Below are positions 16,780-27,623 of a stretch of DNA of 64,000 nucleotides, in pieces. The stretch covers positions 1-64,000 of the IMG/VR virus record IMGVR_UViG_3300034095_001343. One strand, 5' to 3'. The notes below the pieces were generated by a model that did not search any database, was not told where the DNA came from, and was given only the letters and a program-made list of their open reading frames with translations. Position 1 is the stretch's first letter, and each line of letters opens with the position of its first letter. Made by a program: the position numbers and the translations under genes. This DNA is from a virus.

Positions 16780-18621
16780 TGGCACAATCAATTCTAGTAA
16801 TCGCTGAGTCCGGCTCAGGTAAATCAACATCCATTAGGAACTTAGATCCTAATGAAACATTAATCATTAACATTGCAAATAAACCTTTGCCTTTTAAAGG
16901 TTGGAAAAGTAAGTATGCACTTTTAGACAAAGAAAATCCTAAAGGAAATCTTTTAAATGTATCTTCTGGTCCTGGTGTATTAAAAGCAATGATGCATGTT
17001 AATGAGAAAATGCCACACATCAAGAACTTAGTTATTGATGATAAAAATTGCTAGTCATCATTAAATTACGTGAATCTGGGAAAGCCTTGTAGAAGGTAAC
17101 CCTGTTCCAAGTGCCATAGAAATATGGTAAAGGATCAACGACTAGTACATACAGTCTTACCAAGTGAAGTTGGAGACAATGAAGTACCAAGAGTGCGTAA
17201 CATAAAGGGAGGTCAACCTCATTAACTTTTATGAAGAGATAGTCTGGACTATAGATATAACTAAAATTAACATTTAAACTTGCAAATCGTCTGAAAAATT
17301 TGTATATTGCAGTATGGCTTACATATATACATTAGAACACCCTGTAAACTCAGAAATAAGATACATAGGTGTAACAATGAGAACGTTGCAATCAAGATTA
17401 TATGATCATTGCTCTTCATATTACCTTAAAAAAGTAAATAATAGAAGGGCAACGTGGATAAAATCATTGAAAAAGCAAAACTTAAAACCAATAATTAAAT
17501 TATTAGATGAAGTACCTGATGACAAAAGGTATGAAACAGAAATGTTTTACATAGAACAATTTAAACAATGGGGATTTGATTTAGTTAATTCTACTAAAGG
17601 TGGATCTGGAGGTACAACATATGTGCGTCCAAAATTTTACCATAAGGAAGAAACAAAGTTAAAAATAAGTAAGGCAAACACAAGATCTCATTCAACAGAA
17701 TGGATTGCTAATGCGGCAAAAGGAGCTTTTAAACCAATTACACAATATACTTTAGATGGTATAATACTAAAAAATTGGGATTCAACAACAACTGCAGCAC
17801 TAGCACTAGGTGATATAAATTATAAAAAAAATATATCATCTTGTTTAAGAGGTTTGCGTAATCATGCATATGGATTTAAATGGGAATATAAAACTATAGA
17901 TCTACAGGATAAAGAGCCTGTAGGGTAACAATATACGTGGCAGTATATGTCAAGCTTTGAGTATTTTGACAAAGCAAATGAGAAAGGGTGGAATTAATCA
18001 TGCCCTTGTAAAATCGCTTAAATTGCGGGGACATCCTAAAGTTCATAATACCAACTTAATATAGTAATATAATTAAGGGCATTGCTAATCACAATGATAT
18101 GGTAAAAAGTTATGAGATAATAATGGACAATCCGCAGCCAAGCTTCCTTGAAAAAGGATGAAGGTTCAGAGACTAAAGAGGCGAATTTTGTTTATAATTA
18201 AATGAAATATGATATAGTCCGGCTATATATGAAAGTATATGGAATCACCGATGATAAATTTACCTCTATTGCTGCAAACCTTGCAGCCGTTGCTAAAGCA
18301 CCAAAAGATCTCAGAGATAATCTCTATGTGTTTTTCTTAACACATTCAGAAGATAGCACTGATATTAATGGTAAACGTAAAATTAAAGCTAAAACTGTTG
18401 GAAAAATGATCGATAATTCCCTTACCTTAGAGGGCTTATTCTCAATTGTTTTATTTGGTAAAGTAATTAAAGAAGAAAATGGTAAAATGAACTATATGTT
18501 TGCAACACAAACAGATGGTGAGACAACCTGTAAATCCCCAATGGGTATGTTTGATGAAGAGATGATCCCGAATGATCTTCAATATGTCAAAGAATGTATC
18601 CAGAAGTATGAAAATGAATAA
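16779..18621 (+). CDS. AAA/Sak4-like P-loop ATPase, spliced: exons 16779-17042, 17938-17989, 18251-18621 (228 aa)
   Basis: Walker A AESGSGKS; joined exons read LVIDD|WQYMSSFEYFDKANEKG|YDKFTSIA; 687 nt in frame. Confidence 0.88.
17280..17309 (+). promoter_or_regulatory. Promoter for the intron-encoded endonuclease
   Basis: TTG-N20-TATATTG, 4 nt upstream of ATG. Confidence 0.5.
17314..17928 (+). CDS. GIY-YIG homing endonuclease with NUMOD1-like C-terminus
   Basis: YIYTL...IRYIGVT; KPITQYTLDG...AYGFKWEY; inside the P9 region of intron 1. Confidence 0.85.
   Translation: MAYIYTLEHPVNSEIRYIGVTMRTLQSRLYDHCSSYYLKKVNNRRATWIKSLKKQNLKPIIKLLDEVPDDKRYETEMFYIEQFKQWGFDLVNSTKGGSGGTTYVRPKFYHKEETKLKISKANTRSHSTEWIANAAKGAFKPITQYTLDGIILKNWDSTTTAALALGDINYKKNISSCLRGLRNHAYGFKWEYKTIDLQDKEPVG
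17990..18250 (+). mobile_element. Group I intron 2 (ORF-less, 261 nt)
   Basis: Exon AAGGGT pairs with IGS GCCCTT; AATCCGCAGCCAA core; GACTA/TAGTC P7; terminal G 18250. Confidence 0.88.
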
Positions 18622-18648
18622 TAATTTTAAATTTTAAAATCAAATCAA

Positions 18649-19314
18649 ATGTTTAGTACAAAAAACGTATCAGCAAACAAAGTAAGTCCAGTTATTGGAC
18701 CAGGTAATCACAAAGTAAAAATCAATAGCTTAAGCTTTGATCCTACTCCTTATGATCCACAAGCATTTAACATTACATTAAATGTAGAAACAGAACCAGT
18801 TAGTGGAGAATTTCAAGGTTTCTTAGTAGATGCTAACAATCCTAATGGTCCACGTTATGTAGGTCAAGTAGGACGTGTTAGAATGTCCCCGTATCCTTAT
18901 AAGGATACAACTCTTACTACAGGGAGAAAAATTGTAGCTGCAGATGAAATGGTAAAAGCAATTGCTTTCTTAGCAGATGTTACCGGTAAAAGAGATGAAG
19001 TAGATATGATTGAAGCTAATTCTCTTGAACAATTTTCAAAAGCTTGCTCTCAAATTTTCAAAAACACTGATTATATCAATGCTTGCATTGGTGGCCGTGA
19101 GTGGGAAAATAATGATGGTTATGTAAATGTAGATTTACACTTACCTCGTTTATCTAAAACAGGTTTACCACTTGAAGCTGTTGGTTCTACTGCAGGTAGA
19201 TTGCTTACTTTTAATTATGAGGAGCATGTAAGAAAACTTGTAAAGAAAGAATCAACATCTGCGGGTAATTTTGAACCTACAGATAGTAAAAACGGAGATG
19301 ATTTTGATCTATAA
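18649..19314 (+). CDS. Probable ssDNA-binding protein (acidic tail)
   Basis: Follows the Sak4-like ATPase; C-terminus GDDFDL; strong terminator downstream. Confidence 0.55.
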   Translation: MFSTKNVSANKVSPVIGPGNHKVKINSLSFDPTPYDPQAFNITLNVETEPVSGEFQGFLVDANNPNGPRYVGQVGRVRMSPYPYKDTTLTTGRKIVAADEMVKAIAFLADVTGKRDEVDMIEANSLEQFSKACSQIFKNTDYINACIGGREWENNDGYVNVDLHLPRLSKTGLPLEAVGSTAGRLLTFNYEEHVRKLVKKESTSAGNFEPTDSKNGDDFDL

Positions 19315-19330
19315 GTAGTACTGATAATTA

Positions 19331-19363
19331 AAAAAGGGAGGGTCTTTTGATCTTCCCTTTTTA
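19331..19363 (+). terminator. Rho-independent terminator
   Basis: AAAAAGGGAGGGTC-tttt-GATCTTCCCTTTTT. Confidence 0.75.
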
Positions 19364-19367
19364 ATTT

Positions 19368-20348
19368 ATGTTTAGCACAAAAAATATTATTGTTGAAATA
19401 AATCAAGTTCCAAGCTATTGGGCTTTTCAATACTATTTGCAAATTCATGAAAAACTTACAGGACAAAATATTAAAATAAAATCCGTTTGGAATTCTACAG
19501 AAAGAACTCCTAGTTTCTGCATCTATGTAGATAGATCTCAAATGCAGTATTTATTTAAAGATTTTTCAACTGGTAAGTTTGGTAATAAGATTACCCTAGT
19601 CATGGAGTTGTTTAATATTGACTATGCTACAGCTTGTGATAAACTTGTACATGATTATAATGTCTATATAAAGAATCAAGGAACTGAATCTATTGAGCTT
19701 AATCCAGATAATAAATGGGAACTAGGTAGTATTAGTCCAAGACAATGGAATACTTTAGATTCTGCTTATTGGTTGAGTTATAGGATAGGTAAAACAATGC
19801 TTGAAGAATATAATGTTAAGCCTCTTGAATACTATACTATGCTTAAAGATGAAGATGGAACTACCAGTAAATTAAAAATTGAAGGTGAGCACATTTATGC
19901 TTATTGTGATAACGATGGTATTCCTTATAAAATCTATCAACCTTTTAAAAAGAAGCATAAGTTTCATAAGCTCAAGTCACATATTCAAGGACTTGATCAA
20001 CTTAAATATAATCAACCTAATCTAGTTATTTGTTCATCCCTTAAAGATGCAATGTCTTTAAAAGGTTTTGGTTATAATATAGAAGTTATTGCACCTGACA
20101 GTGAAAATAGCATAATTAAAGCTTATATTATTCAAAATCTAAAAGAAAAATACAAAAAAATTATTACTCTTTTTGATAATGATGAAGCTGGTCATAAAGC
20201 TATTGAAAAATATATAGAAACATATGATATCAATGGCGTAAGTTTAACTATAAGTAAAGATGTATCAGATGCAGTAAAGGAATATGGTTTTATTACAACA
20301 CATGAACATTTAAAACCGCTTTTAAAAAAAGCATTATATAAAATATGA
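19368..20348 (+). CDS. DNA primase (DnaG/TOPRIM type)
   Basis: ERTPSF, FKDFSTG, SSLKDAM, LFDNDEAG, KDVSD. Confidence 0.85.
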   Translation: MFSTKNIIVEINQVPSYWAFQYYLQIHEKLTGQNIKIKSVWNSTERTPSFCIYVDRSQMQYLFKDFSTGKFGNKITLVMELFNIDYATACDKLVHDYNVYIKNQGTESIELNPDNKWELGSISPRQWNTLDSAYWLSYRIGKTMLEEYNVKPLEYYTMLKDEDGTTSKLKIEGEHIYAYCDNDGIPYKIYQPFKKKHKFHKLKSHIQGLDQLKYNQPNLVICSSLKDAMSLKGFGYNIEVIAPDSENSIIKAYIIQNLKEKYKKIITLFDNDEAGHKAIEKYIETYDINGVSLTISKDVSDAVKEYGFITTHEHLKPLLKKALYKI

Positions 20349-20722
20349 AATTTTTTATACCAGGAAGTGTACCGTCATCTAAAAATGGTAGACGGTGGAC
20401 AGGCAAATACTTTATTGCCAGTAAAACAGTAGTTAATTACAGAAAAATTGCTAAGCCTTATTATCTTCAATATGCTGATGCATTTAAAGCTGAATTAGCT
20501 AAGCACAAATTTCCTGTAGAAATAGGCCTAACATTTATTAGGGGAACCAAACATAAGTTTGATTATATTAATCCAGCACAAACTGTACAAGATGATATGG
20601 TTACATATGGCTGGATTGAAGACGATAATGTTGACTTCATTAAACCAGTGTTTTTTGATTATCAATATGATAAAAATAATCCAGGAGTAATAATTGAAAT
20701 AAATCCAAATGGCAAAACTTAA
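20345..20722 (+). CDS. RusA-like Holliday junction resolvase
   Basis: IPGSVPSSKN...FDYIN..QTVQDDM...GWIEDD. Confidence 0.7.
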   Translation: MKFFIPGSVPSSKNGRRWTGKYFIASKTVVNYRKIAKPYYLQYADAFKAELAKHKFPVEIGLTFIRGTKHKFDYINPAQTVQDDMVTYGWIEDDNVDFIKPVFFDYQYDKNNPGVIIEINPNGKT

Positions 20723-21074
20723 CCAAAACATGTTACCTCTTTTAGTAAACCTAAAAGATAAGGGCGTAACAAAAATTGAAATTACTTTTTCTGGTTCTGG
20801 TGATTCAGGAGATATTGATGAAGTAAATCTTTATGCAGATGATGATTATATATCCGATAGGAAAGATTATATATCTAATGAAGATTATAATACGTTAGAA
20901 AGTAACTGTTATACATTAATTGATGAATGTATTGAAGGAGCTGATTGGTATAATAATGAAGGCGGTTATGGCAAAATATACATTAATCTTGAGTCAATAA
21001 CAGCTGATGTAGAGTATAGTCAAAGAACTATAGATGACTATAGCTGGGAAGATGTATCAATATTTGATATATAA
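20709..21074 (+). CDS. Hypothetical acidic protein
   Basis: FSGSGDSGDI...DWYNNEGGYG pattern. Confidence 0.7.
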   Translation: MAKLNQNMLPLLVNLKDKGVTKIEITFSGSGDSGDIDEVNLYADDDYISDRKDYISNEDYNTLESNCYTLIDECIEGADWYNNEGGYGKIYINLESITADVEYSQRTIDDYSWEDVSIFDI

Positions 21075-21421
21075 TGGCCCATCCAAACTTGCATGCTAAA
21101 AGCTCTGCAAGAAAGTTTGGCGGTAAACCTGAGGAGTACTTGAAGTATCATGAGTGGTTTGATGAGACTAAAGCTTGGCTTGGTCATTCAAATCATAGGT
21201 TATTCCGTCATCATTCTGAAGGAATCTTTGAAGCAGAAAAAGTATTTGGAAAAAGTTTTATCAACTCAGATGGTAAAACTGTATATACAAGATATGTAGG
21301 TGAACAACATGTAAAGGAGGACTGTAATAATTATATTCCTTCAGCAAAAGAATGGATTGTTCATCTAAATAGTAAGTCCCGTCCAGATTGGATGAAAAAA
21401 ACTCTAGAAATAAATGACTAA
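21074..21421 (+). CDS. Hypothetical His-rich protein
   Basis: MAHP..HAKSS..KFGG...HRLFRHHSEG...EQHVKED. Confidence 0.7.
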   Translation: MAHPNLHAKSSARKFGGKPEEYLKYHEWFDETKAWLGHSNHRLFRHHSEGIFEAEKVFGKSFINSDGKTVYTRYVGEQHVKEDCNNYIPSAKEWIVHLNSKSRPDWMKKTLEIND

Positions 21422-21803
21422 TATGAAAATTTCCATTACAGAACTATTAGAATTAGAACGTATGCTTAATGCGGGTAATGAAGATTATGAAGTTGCAGTA
21501 AATAATATTAAAAATTTAAATTTTAATGTTATCTATATAATGTTACTTTCTAAAAATCTTAACTCTGATAAAAGACGAGAGTTCTTAAATTATTTTGAAA
21601 TTGACTCTGTTAATCTTGTAGAATTATCATTTAATAATCTATATAAAAAGATTAGCTTAAATGTAGAATTAATTCAGGATGAAATTCTCAAAGAGTACTT
21701 CCATCATTCTATTAAAAAATTAGTTACACAATCATTAGATGCACTATCATTACCAATATTGGATGCATCTATTAAAATTAAATGGCCTAAATGCAAGCAG
21801 TAA
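21414..21803 (+). CDS. Hypothetical protein
   Basis: ORF track. Confidence 0.6.
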   Translation: MTNMKISITELLELERMLNAGNEDYEVAVNNIKNLNFNVIYIMLLSKNLNSDKRREFLNYFEIDSVNLVELSFNNLYKKISLNVELIQDEILKEYFHHSIKKLVTQSLDALSLPILDASIKIKWPKCKQ

Positions 21804-24061
21804 TTGACAAGGTATCAAAAGCTTCTAAGCTATTGATATTTAGTGAACCTTTTTATGGATTGTTCTTGATTGGTCTTAACAAAAAATATAGAAAAGATAT
21901 TCCAACAGCTGGTGTCAGTAAAAATGGCATTGGTGTGCAGTTGGCTATTAATCCTGATTTTGTTAATCCTTTATCTGAAGAACACACAATTGGTCTTTTG
22001 AAGCATGAGCTCAATTAGGGCTCCTTATACAGTAATGTATATGTAAAACGTCTTAAATTGCCGGGGACCCCCTAAAGCTTTATCTACTAAGCATGCACCG
22101 TGAGGTAGTATGTGGCTGAATTAATTACTCAGATACAGTAAAAAAGATAAAGATGTCGAAATGGGAAATCCGCAGCCAAATTTCTTGGTTATATGATTTA
22201 TTTTTGGTATATTGTAGTATAAATACTTACATATATGAAAACAGAAATAGAACAAAAAGTAATTGATTATTATGTTACTGATAAATTATCAGGTAAAAAG
22301 ATTGCAAGTATTTTAACTATAAATGTTAAAACAGTATTTGCCATTTTAAAAAGAAACAATATAAAATCAAGAACTTCGTCTGAGTCAGCAATGAAATATA
22401 CTTGCCAAGATGACTTTTTTAATGTTATAAACACAGAAAAAAAAGCATATTGGTTAGGTGTTTTGTTTGCAGATGGTAATATTACAAAAAAAGCAAGTAA
22501 ATCTGGACAGATTATTTTTTCATCAAAAGACAAAGAATGGGTAGAACTATTCTTATTAGATATTGGTTCAAATAACTCTCCAAATTGTGAATATCAAAAA
22601 TTATACAAGAAGTATATATGGAAAGCTCAAATAACATCAGCTCAAATGTATAATGACTTAAATATTTTAGGATGTACACCAGCTAAAACTAAAACAATTA
22701 AAATACCTATACTAGATGTTTCTTTAATACATCATTTTGTTAGAGGTTATTTTGATGGTGATGGTACAGTTGGAACTTACAAAAATTTAAAAAATAGTGA
22801 TTGGAAAATCCTAAAATCAGGTTTTTGTTCAGGTTCAAAAGAATTTATAATTGACTTATTAAAAATATTACCAGTAAAAAATAAAACTATTAAACAAAGT
22901 AATGATTGTTATATTACACAGCATTCTTTGTATGATACACTTAATTTATATAACTTTATGTATGAAAATCATACATTATGTTTAGAAAGAAAGAAACAAG
23001 TTTTTATTAATTACTTAGACACATATAAACCAAGAAAGAGGTTCAACGACTACAATAGACCATCCTAATAAGGATGAAGGTATAGTCTGATCTCATGTGA
23101 AAACATGAGTTAACAAAAATGCTTACACATAGCCTTTGGTCACTTGACTGTTAAGGATATGTATCCAGACCACAGACTGTTTAATATTGCAGCTGACCTT
23201 GAGATCAATCAATATATTGATGAGAAGTGCTTACCTGAAGGAGGTTTAACACTGGATACATTTCCAGAATTGAATCTTCCTCCAAAGGCGGGTACAAAAA
23301 CATACTATGATTTGTTACAGCAAGCCCGTGATGATGGAACCTCAGAGACATTAAATAACATTCTTAGTCAGATGGATGGTGAAAGTATTTATGATCACAA
23401 GACATGGCAAGAATTTGATGATTTATCTGAAGCAGAAAAGAAGTTGATTGAAAAACAAATTGATCATCAAATTAAAGAAGCAGCTGAACAAACAGAAAAA
23501 AAACAAGGAGATTTACCCGGAGAACTGAAAGAAATCTTTAGAAGACTATTTACAATTGAACCTTCAAAGTTTGATTGGAAAGGTTATCTAAGAAGATTTA
23601 TTGGTAATTCATCTATTGTCTATACAAAAAAGTTAAGAAGAAAATATAACAAAAGATATATTGAAAATCCTGGCTTAAAAATTAAACACAAAAATCATAT
23701 TCTTGTTGGTGTAGATACTTCAGGTTCTGTAAGTAGTGATGAACTTAAAGAATTTATGAATGAGTTGAATCATATGCATAAAACTGGACATAAAATTACA
23801 GTTGCACAGTGTGATACTCAGATTAATTCTGTAGAAGATTTTAATCCTAAAAAAGACTGGAATATCAAAGGCCGGGGAGGTACTGATTTTCAACCAGTTA
23901 TTAATCATTATAATGAATTTAAGCGTTATACCGCACTTATATATTTAACAGATGGTGAATGTTCCGCTCCATTAGATTGTCCTAAGAATGCTTTATGGGT
24001 TCTTAGTAGTAAATCAAGCATGGTGGATTATTTACCAGGAAAAACAATTCAATTAAATTAA
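21791..24061 (+). CDS. Metallopeptidase-vWA domain protein, spliced: exons 21791-22011, 23122-24061 (386 aa)
   Basis: Joined exons give LLKHELLHIAFGH (HExxH); vWA MIDAS DTSGS, GGTDF, YLTDG. Confidence 0.88.
22012..23121 (+). mobile_element. Group I intron 3 (with LAGLIDADG homing endonuclease gene)
   Basis: Exon GAGCT pairs with IGS GGCTC; AATCCGCAGCCAA; TTTCTTGGTT/AACCAAGAAA stem flanking the ORF; GACTA/TAGTC; terminal G 23121. Confidence 0.88.
22235..23068 (+). CDS. LAGLIDADG homing endonuclease (two-motif, N-terminal HTH)
   Basis: AYWLGVLFADG and FVRGYFDGDG; promoter TTG-N20-TATATTG at 22185-22214. Confidence 0.9.
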   Translation: MKTEIEQKVIDYYVTDKLSGKKIASILTINVKTVFAILKRNNIKSRTSSESAMKYTCQDDFFNVINTEKKAYWLGVLFADGNITKKASKSGQIIFSSKDKEWVELFLLDIGSNNSPNCEYQKLYKKYIWKAQITSAQMYNDLNILGCTPAKTKTIKIPILDVSLIHHFVRGYFDGDGTVGTYKNLKNSDWKILKSGFCSGSKEFIIDLLKILPVKNKTIKQSNDCYITQHSLYDTLNLYNFMYENHTLCLERKKQVFINYLDTYKPRKRFNDYNRPS

Positions 24062-24063
24062 TT

Positions 24064-25335
24064 ATGGCACAAGTAAATTTAAACATTGACGACCTTAAGG
24101 GTTTCGTAAATCACATTATTCAAAACAACAGATTCTTACAAGAACAAGGAAAACCACCTGTAGCTGTTGAAGTTGTAGGAGAATCAGGAATTGGTAAAAC
24201 ATCTACCATTGTTGAACTAGCTAAAGAAAACAACTTAAACTTTGTAAAATTAAATTTAGCACAGATTGAAGAATTAGGAGATTTAGTGGGATTCCCTGTA
24301 CGTCAATTTCAGATGTATAAAGAACAAACAATTTCTTCTAATTCTGAAAATACACTTAATTATACAGCAGCACAAAGAGCTGCAGCATCAGCAGATGTAT
24401 CTAACATTAAAGGAAACCAAGTTAAAAAAATTGGTATATGGGTAGATGAACTTGCTGTTAGTGAGTATTTTAAGAACGGTTATAAAATGACAGGTAAGAA
24501 CAGAATGTCTTATTGTGCACCAGAGTGGATTGCTGATAAAAAAGAAGGTGGTATACTATTGTTAGATGATTTTAACAGAGCTGACCAAAGATTTTTACAA
24601 GCCACAATGGAGTTAATAGATAGACAAACTTATATCTCTTGGAGTCTTCCAAAAGACTGGCATATTATATTAACAAGTAATCCAGATAATGGAGATTATA
24701 TGGTTAATAGCATTGATGCTGCACAAAAAACAAGATATATTACAGCAAATCTAAAATTTGATGTAAATGTATGGGCACGTTGGGCAGAAGAAAGTGGTAT
24801 TGATACACGTTGTATCAACTTTTTGTTGATGCATCCTGAATTAATTACAACAGAAACTAATGCAAGATCTATTACAACTTTCTTTAATGCTATTTCTAGC
24901 TTTGAATCATTTCAGGATAACTTAAGCCTGATTCAAATGATTGGTGAAGGTTCTGTAGGTGATGCATTTGCAAGTATGTTTACTGTATTTATTAATAATA
25001 AATTAGATAGATTAGTTACTCCTAAAGATCTTTTGACACATGATAATGAGTCTTATATCTTGGGTGAACTTAATTCTTGTATTGGTAGTGGTGATAATTA
25101 TAGAGCAGATATTGCTTCTACACTTGCAACACGTCTTTCAAATTATGCTCTTGTTTATGCTAAAGATAATACAGTTACACAAAAAATAACAGATCGTATG
25201 ATATCCCTTTGTACTAAGGATTATTTTACAAATGATCTAAAGTATTTAATTGTACGTACTGTGTTTAATGGTAATAAACAAAAGTTTAATAAAATGATGA
25301 TGGACCCTAATATTATTAAAATGACTATAAAATAA
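24064..25335 (+). CDS. MoxR-like AAA+ ATPase
   Basis: GESGIGKT, LLLDDFNRA, TSNP; adjacent to the vWA gene. Confidence 0.8.
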   Translation: MAQVNLNIDDLKGFVNHIIQNNRFLQEQGKPPVAVEVVGESGIGKTSTIVELAKENNLNFVKLNLAQIEELGDLVGFPVRQFQMYKEQTISSNSENTLNYTAAQRAAASADVSNIKGNQVKKIGIWVDELAVSEYFKNGYKMTGKNRMSYCAPEWIADKKEGGILLLDDFNRADQRFLQATMELIDRQTYISWSLPKDWHIILTSNPDNGDYMVNSIDAAQKTRYITANLKFDVNVWARWAEESGIDTRCINFLLMHPELITTETNARSITTFFNAISSFESFQDNLSLIQMIGEGSVGDAFASMFTVFINNKLDRLVTPKDLLTHDNESYILGELNSCIGSGDNYRADIASTLATRLSNYALVYAKDNTVTQKITDRMISLCTKDYFTNDLKYLIVRTVFNGNKQKFNKMMMDPNIIKMTIK

Positions 25336-25336
25336 T

Positions 25337-26359
25337 ATGACAAGTAAATCTGTTTATCAAAATTTAGATCAAACAGTATTACAACACTTTGGATTAGAAA
25401 GTGCCCCTGTATATGGGGTACTTTCTTCCAATTTGGATACTGTTGAATCAGTAATATGTATACAAGATCCTGATATATACAATAATATAGAAAATACTCT
25501 TAAAAAAGAAACTCTCAGTACAAGCTGGAAGAATTATAAGAGAGCTTTTGTATTACCTAAATGTCCGGTATCTCTAGATAGAATAAAAGCTGCAGCAAAA
25601 GAGCACAATATTGTTATAGTAGGTGACTATAAAAAAGCTGATTTCATAATATCTCATAATGATATAAATGAATCAGTTAGTAACAGTGATACTATTAAAT
25701 CAACATTGCTTTTAGCTAAGCTTTGGAACTATAATTTAATTGATGATACATTAGGCAGACTTCCAATTGTAGATTCAAGCGGTATGTCTTTTATTTATGA
25801 TGACAAATGGACTAAGCATATAAGTATATGGAATTATAATACAAAATCTCTATATGATTCATGGATGATTACAGGTATGGCTATTGATATCGCTTACTTA
25901 TTAGAAACTGGATCTTTAGGAGGTACTGTTAATATTGATACTTTTATGCATTCATCTGCAACAATTCAAGATTTAACAGAAGAACTAGTTGAAACAATAA
26001 CAAACATGCTAAGTAGCTATAGTGATGATGATATTGAAATTGTAAGTAAATTATTACCAACAATTAATTTAAATGAAAATCATCATCTTCTTTGGTTATT
26101 ATTCAATAAAATAGATCATAAACTACGTCACTTTAATAGAAATAAAGATGTACAGTTTTGGTTGTCCCGTAAGAAATATAATTATGCAAATTTAGATGCT
26201 CAAGACCTTATCTTAAAACTAGAAACAGATAATTTATTAGATAAAAAAACATTTAAATTTTTAGAGCCAATTTGCAGAAAACAAATACAAATTTATAATA
26301 GAGATTTGTATGTATTTAATGTATCAGTTAAACCTAAATATCAAGAATATTTAAAATGA
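25337..26359 (+). CDS. Hypothetical protein (BRCT-like segment)
   Basis: KRAFVLPKCPVSLDRIK...IVGDYKKADFIIS. Confidence 0.65.
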   Translation: MTSKSVYQNLDQTVLQHFGLESAPVYGVLSSNLDTVESVICIQDPDIYNNIENTLKKETLSTSWKNYKRAFVLPKCPVSLDRIKAAAKEHNIVIVGDYKKADFIISHNDINESVSNSDTIKSTLLLAKLWNYNLIDDTLGRLPIVDSSGMSFIYDDKWTKHISIWNYNTKSLYDSWMITGMAIDIAYLLETGSLGGTVNIDTFMHSSATIQDLTEELVETITNMLSSYSDDDIEIVSKLLPTINLNENHHLLWLLFNKIDHKLRHFNRNKDVQFWLSRKKYNYANLDAQDLILKLETDNLLDKKTFKFLEPICRKQIQIYNRDLYVFNVSVKPKYQEYLK

Positions 26360-27477
26360 AATGTTATAGAATAAAAATAGACATAGATCATGTATCTCAA
26401 AAGCTTTTTATAAAATCATATACTTTAGATAAACCTATAGTTATATTTAAAAAGTATGATGATGATGATTTAAATATACCAATTAAAACAATTGATATTA
26501 ATTCATCTGATTTAAAAAATAAAAGTATTTTTAGATATCCAAAGTTAACTCTTCCAAGAAATAAAATAGATATTTTTAAAAAAAAGTATGATTTATCAAT
26601 AACTAGATCAAAAGATGAAGCAGACTATAAAATTATATCTAATGAATATTTAAAAACTTTAGTTAATACCTCATGGCATAAACATGTAGTTTTAACAGAT
26701 TTTGAAAATTATATTTATAAAACACTAGAGCATTGGAATGATGATACCATCTCTTTAATTAATAAAATTAAAGATGAATTAGATGAAAATGAAAAGTGTG
26801 CGCTAAGTATACAGGATTGTGTTAGTTATAGCTATTATCATAATGTTACTTATGAAATTTTACAAAATAGACCTACCATTGCTGGTAAAGTATATGAAAT
26901 TGAAAATGAAAATGATATTAAAGAAATATTAAGTTCAAATAATCTAATTTTTGATCATGTATTATGCTCTATGTCTACTGAAGACTCGGTTATTTTAACA
27001 GAAGTAGATTATTATAATATGCTTAAAATGATTGAAAGTAAATCTTCTGACAATATTAATTTAGTATTAGAAATAATGGCTAATAGTAATACTGAAAAAT
27101 CAATGGATATAATTGGTTTATTATTTTTTGAAAAATTCAACCTTCTAAAAGATATATCAACAAACTGGCAAAATGTAAATATAAAGACTTTAAGAAAAAG
27201 ATTATCTAAATTTATTCCATATGGTCAAGCTAATGTGCATTATTATGATCGTTTAACTAAACTTCTTATAAATGAAAAAGCCTTAACTGTATTTGCATTT
27301 AAAATAATATCCATTCAAATGTTAAATCATTTATCTAATGCCGTGGGCTTTGGAAAAAGTGTTTTTGATATAAGACTTGAAGATATTAAATTAAAATCTG
27401 AATATGAACAATGTTTAGTTTTAAATGAAAATGGTCAAAAAATTATTGAAAATACTACTTCATTTAATAAAATATAA
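26356..27477 (+). CDS. Hypothetical protein (BRCT-like segment, distant paralog of the previous gene)
   Basis: KSIFRYPKLTLPRNKID...ITRSKDEADYKIIS. Confidence 0.65.
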   Translation: MKCYRIKIDIDHVSQKLFIKSYTLDKPIVIFKKYDDDDLNIPIKTIDINSSDLKNKSIFRYPKLTLPRNKIDIFKKKYDLSITRSKDEADYKIISNEYLKTLVNTSWHKHVVLTDFENYIYKTLEHWNDDTISLINKIKDELDENEKCALSIQDCVSYSYYHNVTYEILQNRPTIAGKVYEIENENDIKEILSSNNLIFDHVLCSMSTEDSVILTEVDYYNMLKMIESKSSDNINLVLEIMANSNTEKSMDIIGLLFFEKFNLLKDISTNWQNVNIKTLRKRLSKFIPYGQANVHYYDRLTKLLINEKALTVFAFKIISIQMLNHLSNAVGFGKSVFDIRLEDIKLKSEYEQCLVLNENGQKIIENTTSFNKI

Positions 27478-27505
27478 ATAAGTATTTTAGAGAGTTCTTA
27501 TAATT

Positions 27506-27536
27506 AAAGGGGAGTTTTTTAAAATTCCCCTTTTTT
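27506..27536 (+). terminator. Rho-independent terminator
   Basis: AAAGGGGAGTTTT..AAAATTCCCCTTTTTT. Confidence 0.7.
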
Positions 27537-27623
27537 ATTATAATGTTCATTTAAAGTTACAATTAGTGCAATATTGTGCATTTAAATGAACATTATCTTT
27601 TAAAATTATTAAAAAATCAAGCT

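Larger units (their letters stand above)
17043..17937 (+). mobile_element. Group I intron 1 (with homing endonuclease gene)
   Basis: Exon TGATGAT pairs with IGS GTCATCA with U.G at the splice site; P3 TTACGT/GCGTAA; P7 GACTA/TAGTC; terminal G 17937. Confidence 0.88.

Noticed and set aside
16779-24061. Stop-codon recoding or pseudogenes as the cause of the fragmented ORFs (16779-17054, 18202-18621, 21791-22018, 23144-24061)
   Set aside because: Group I splicing restores both genes in frame; multi-kb ORFs are intact under code 11
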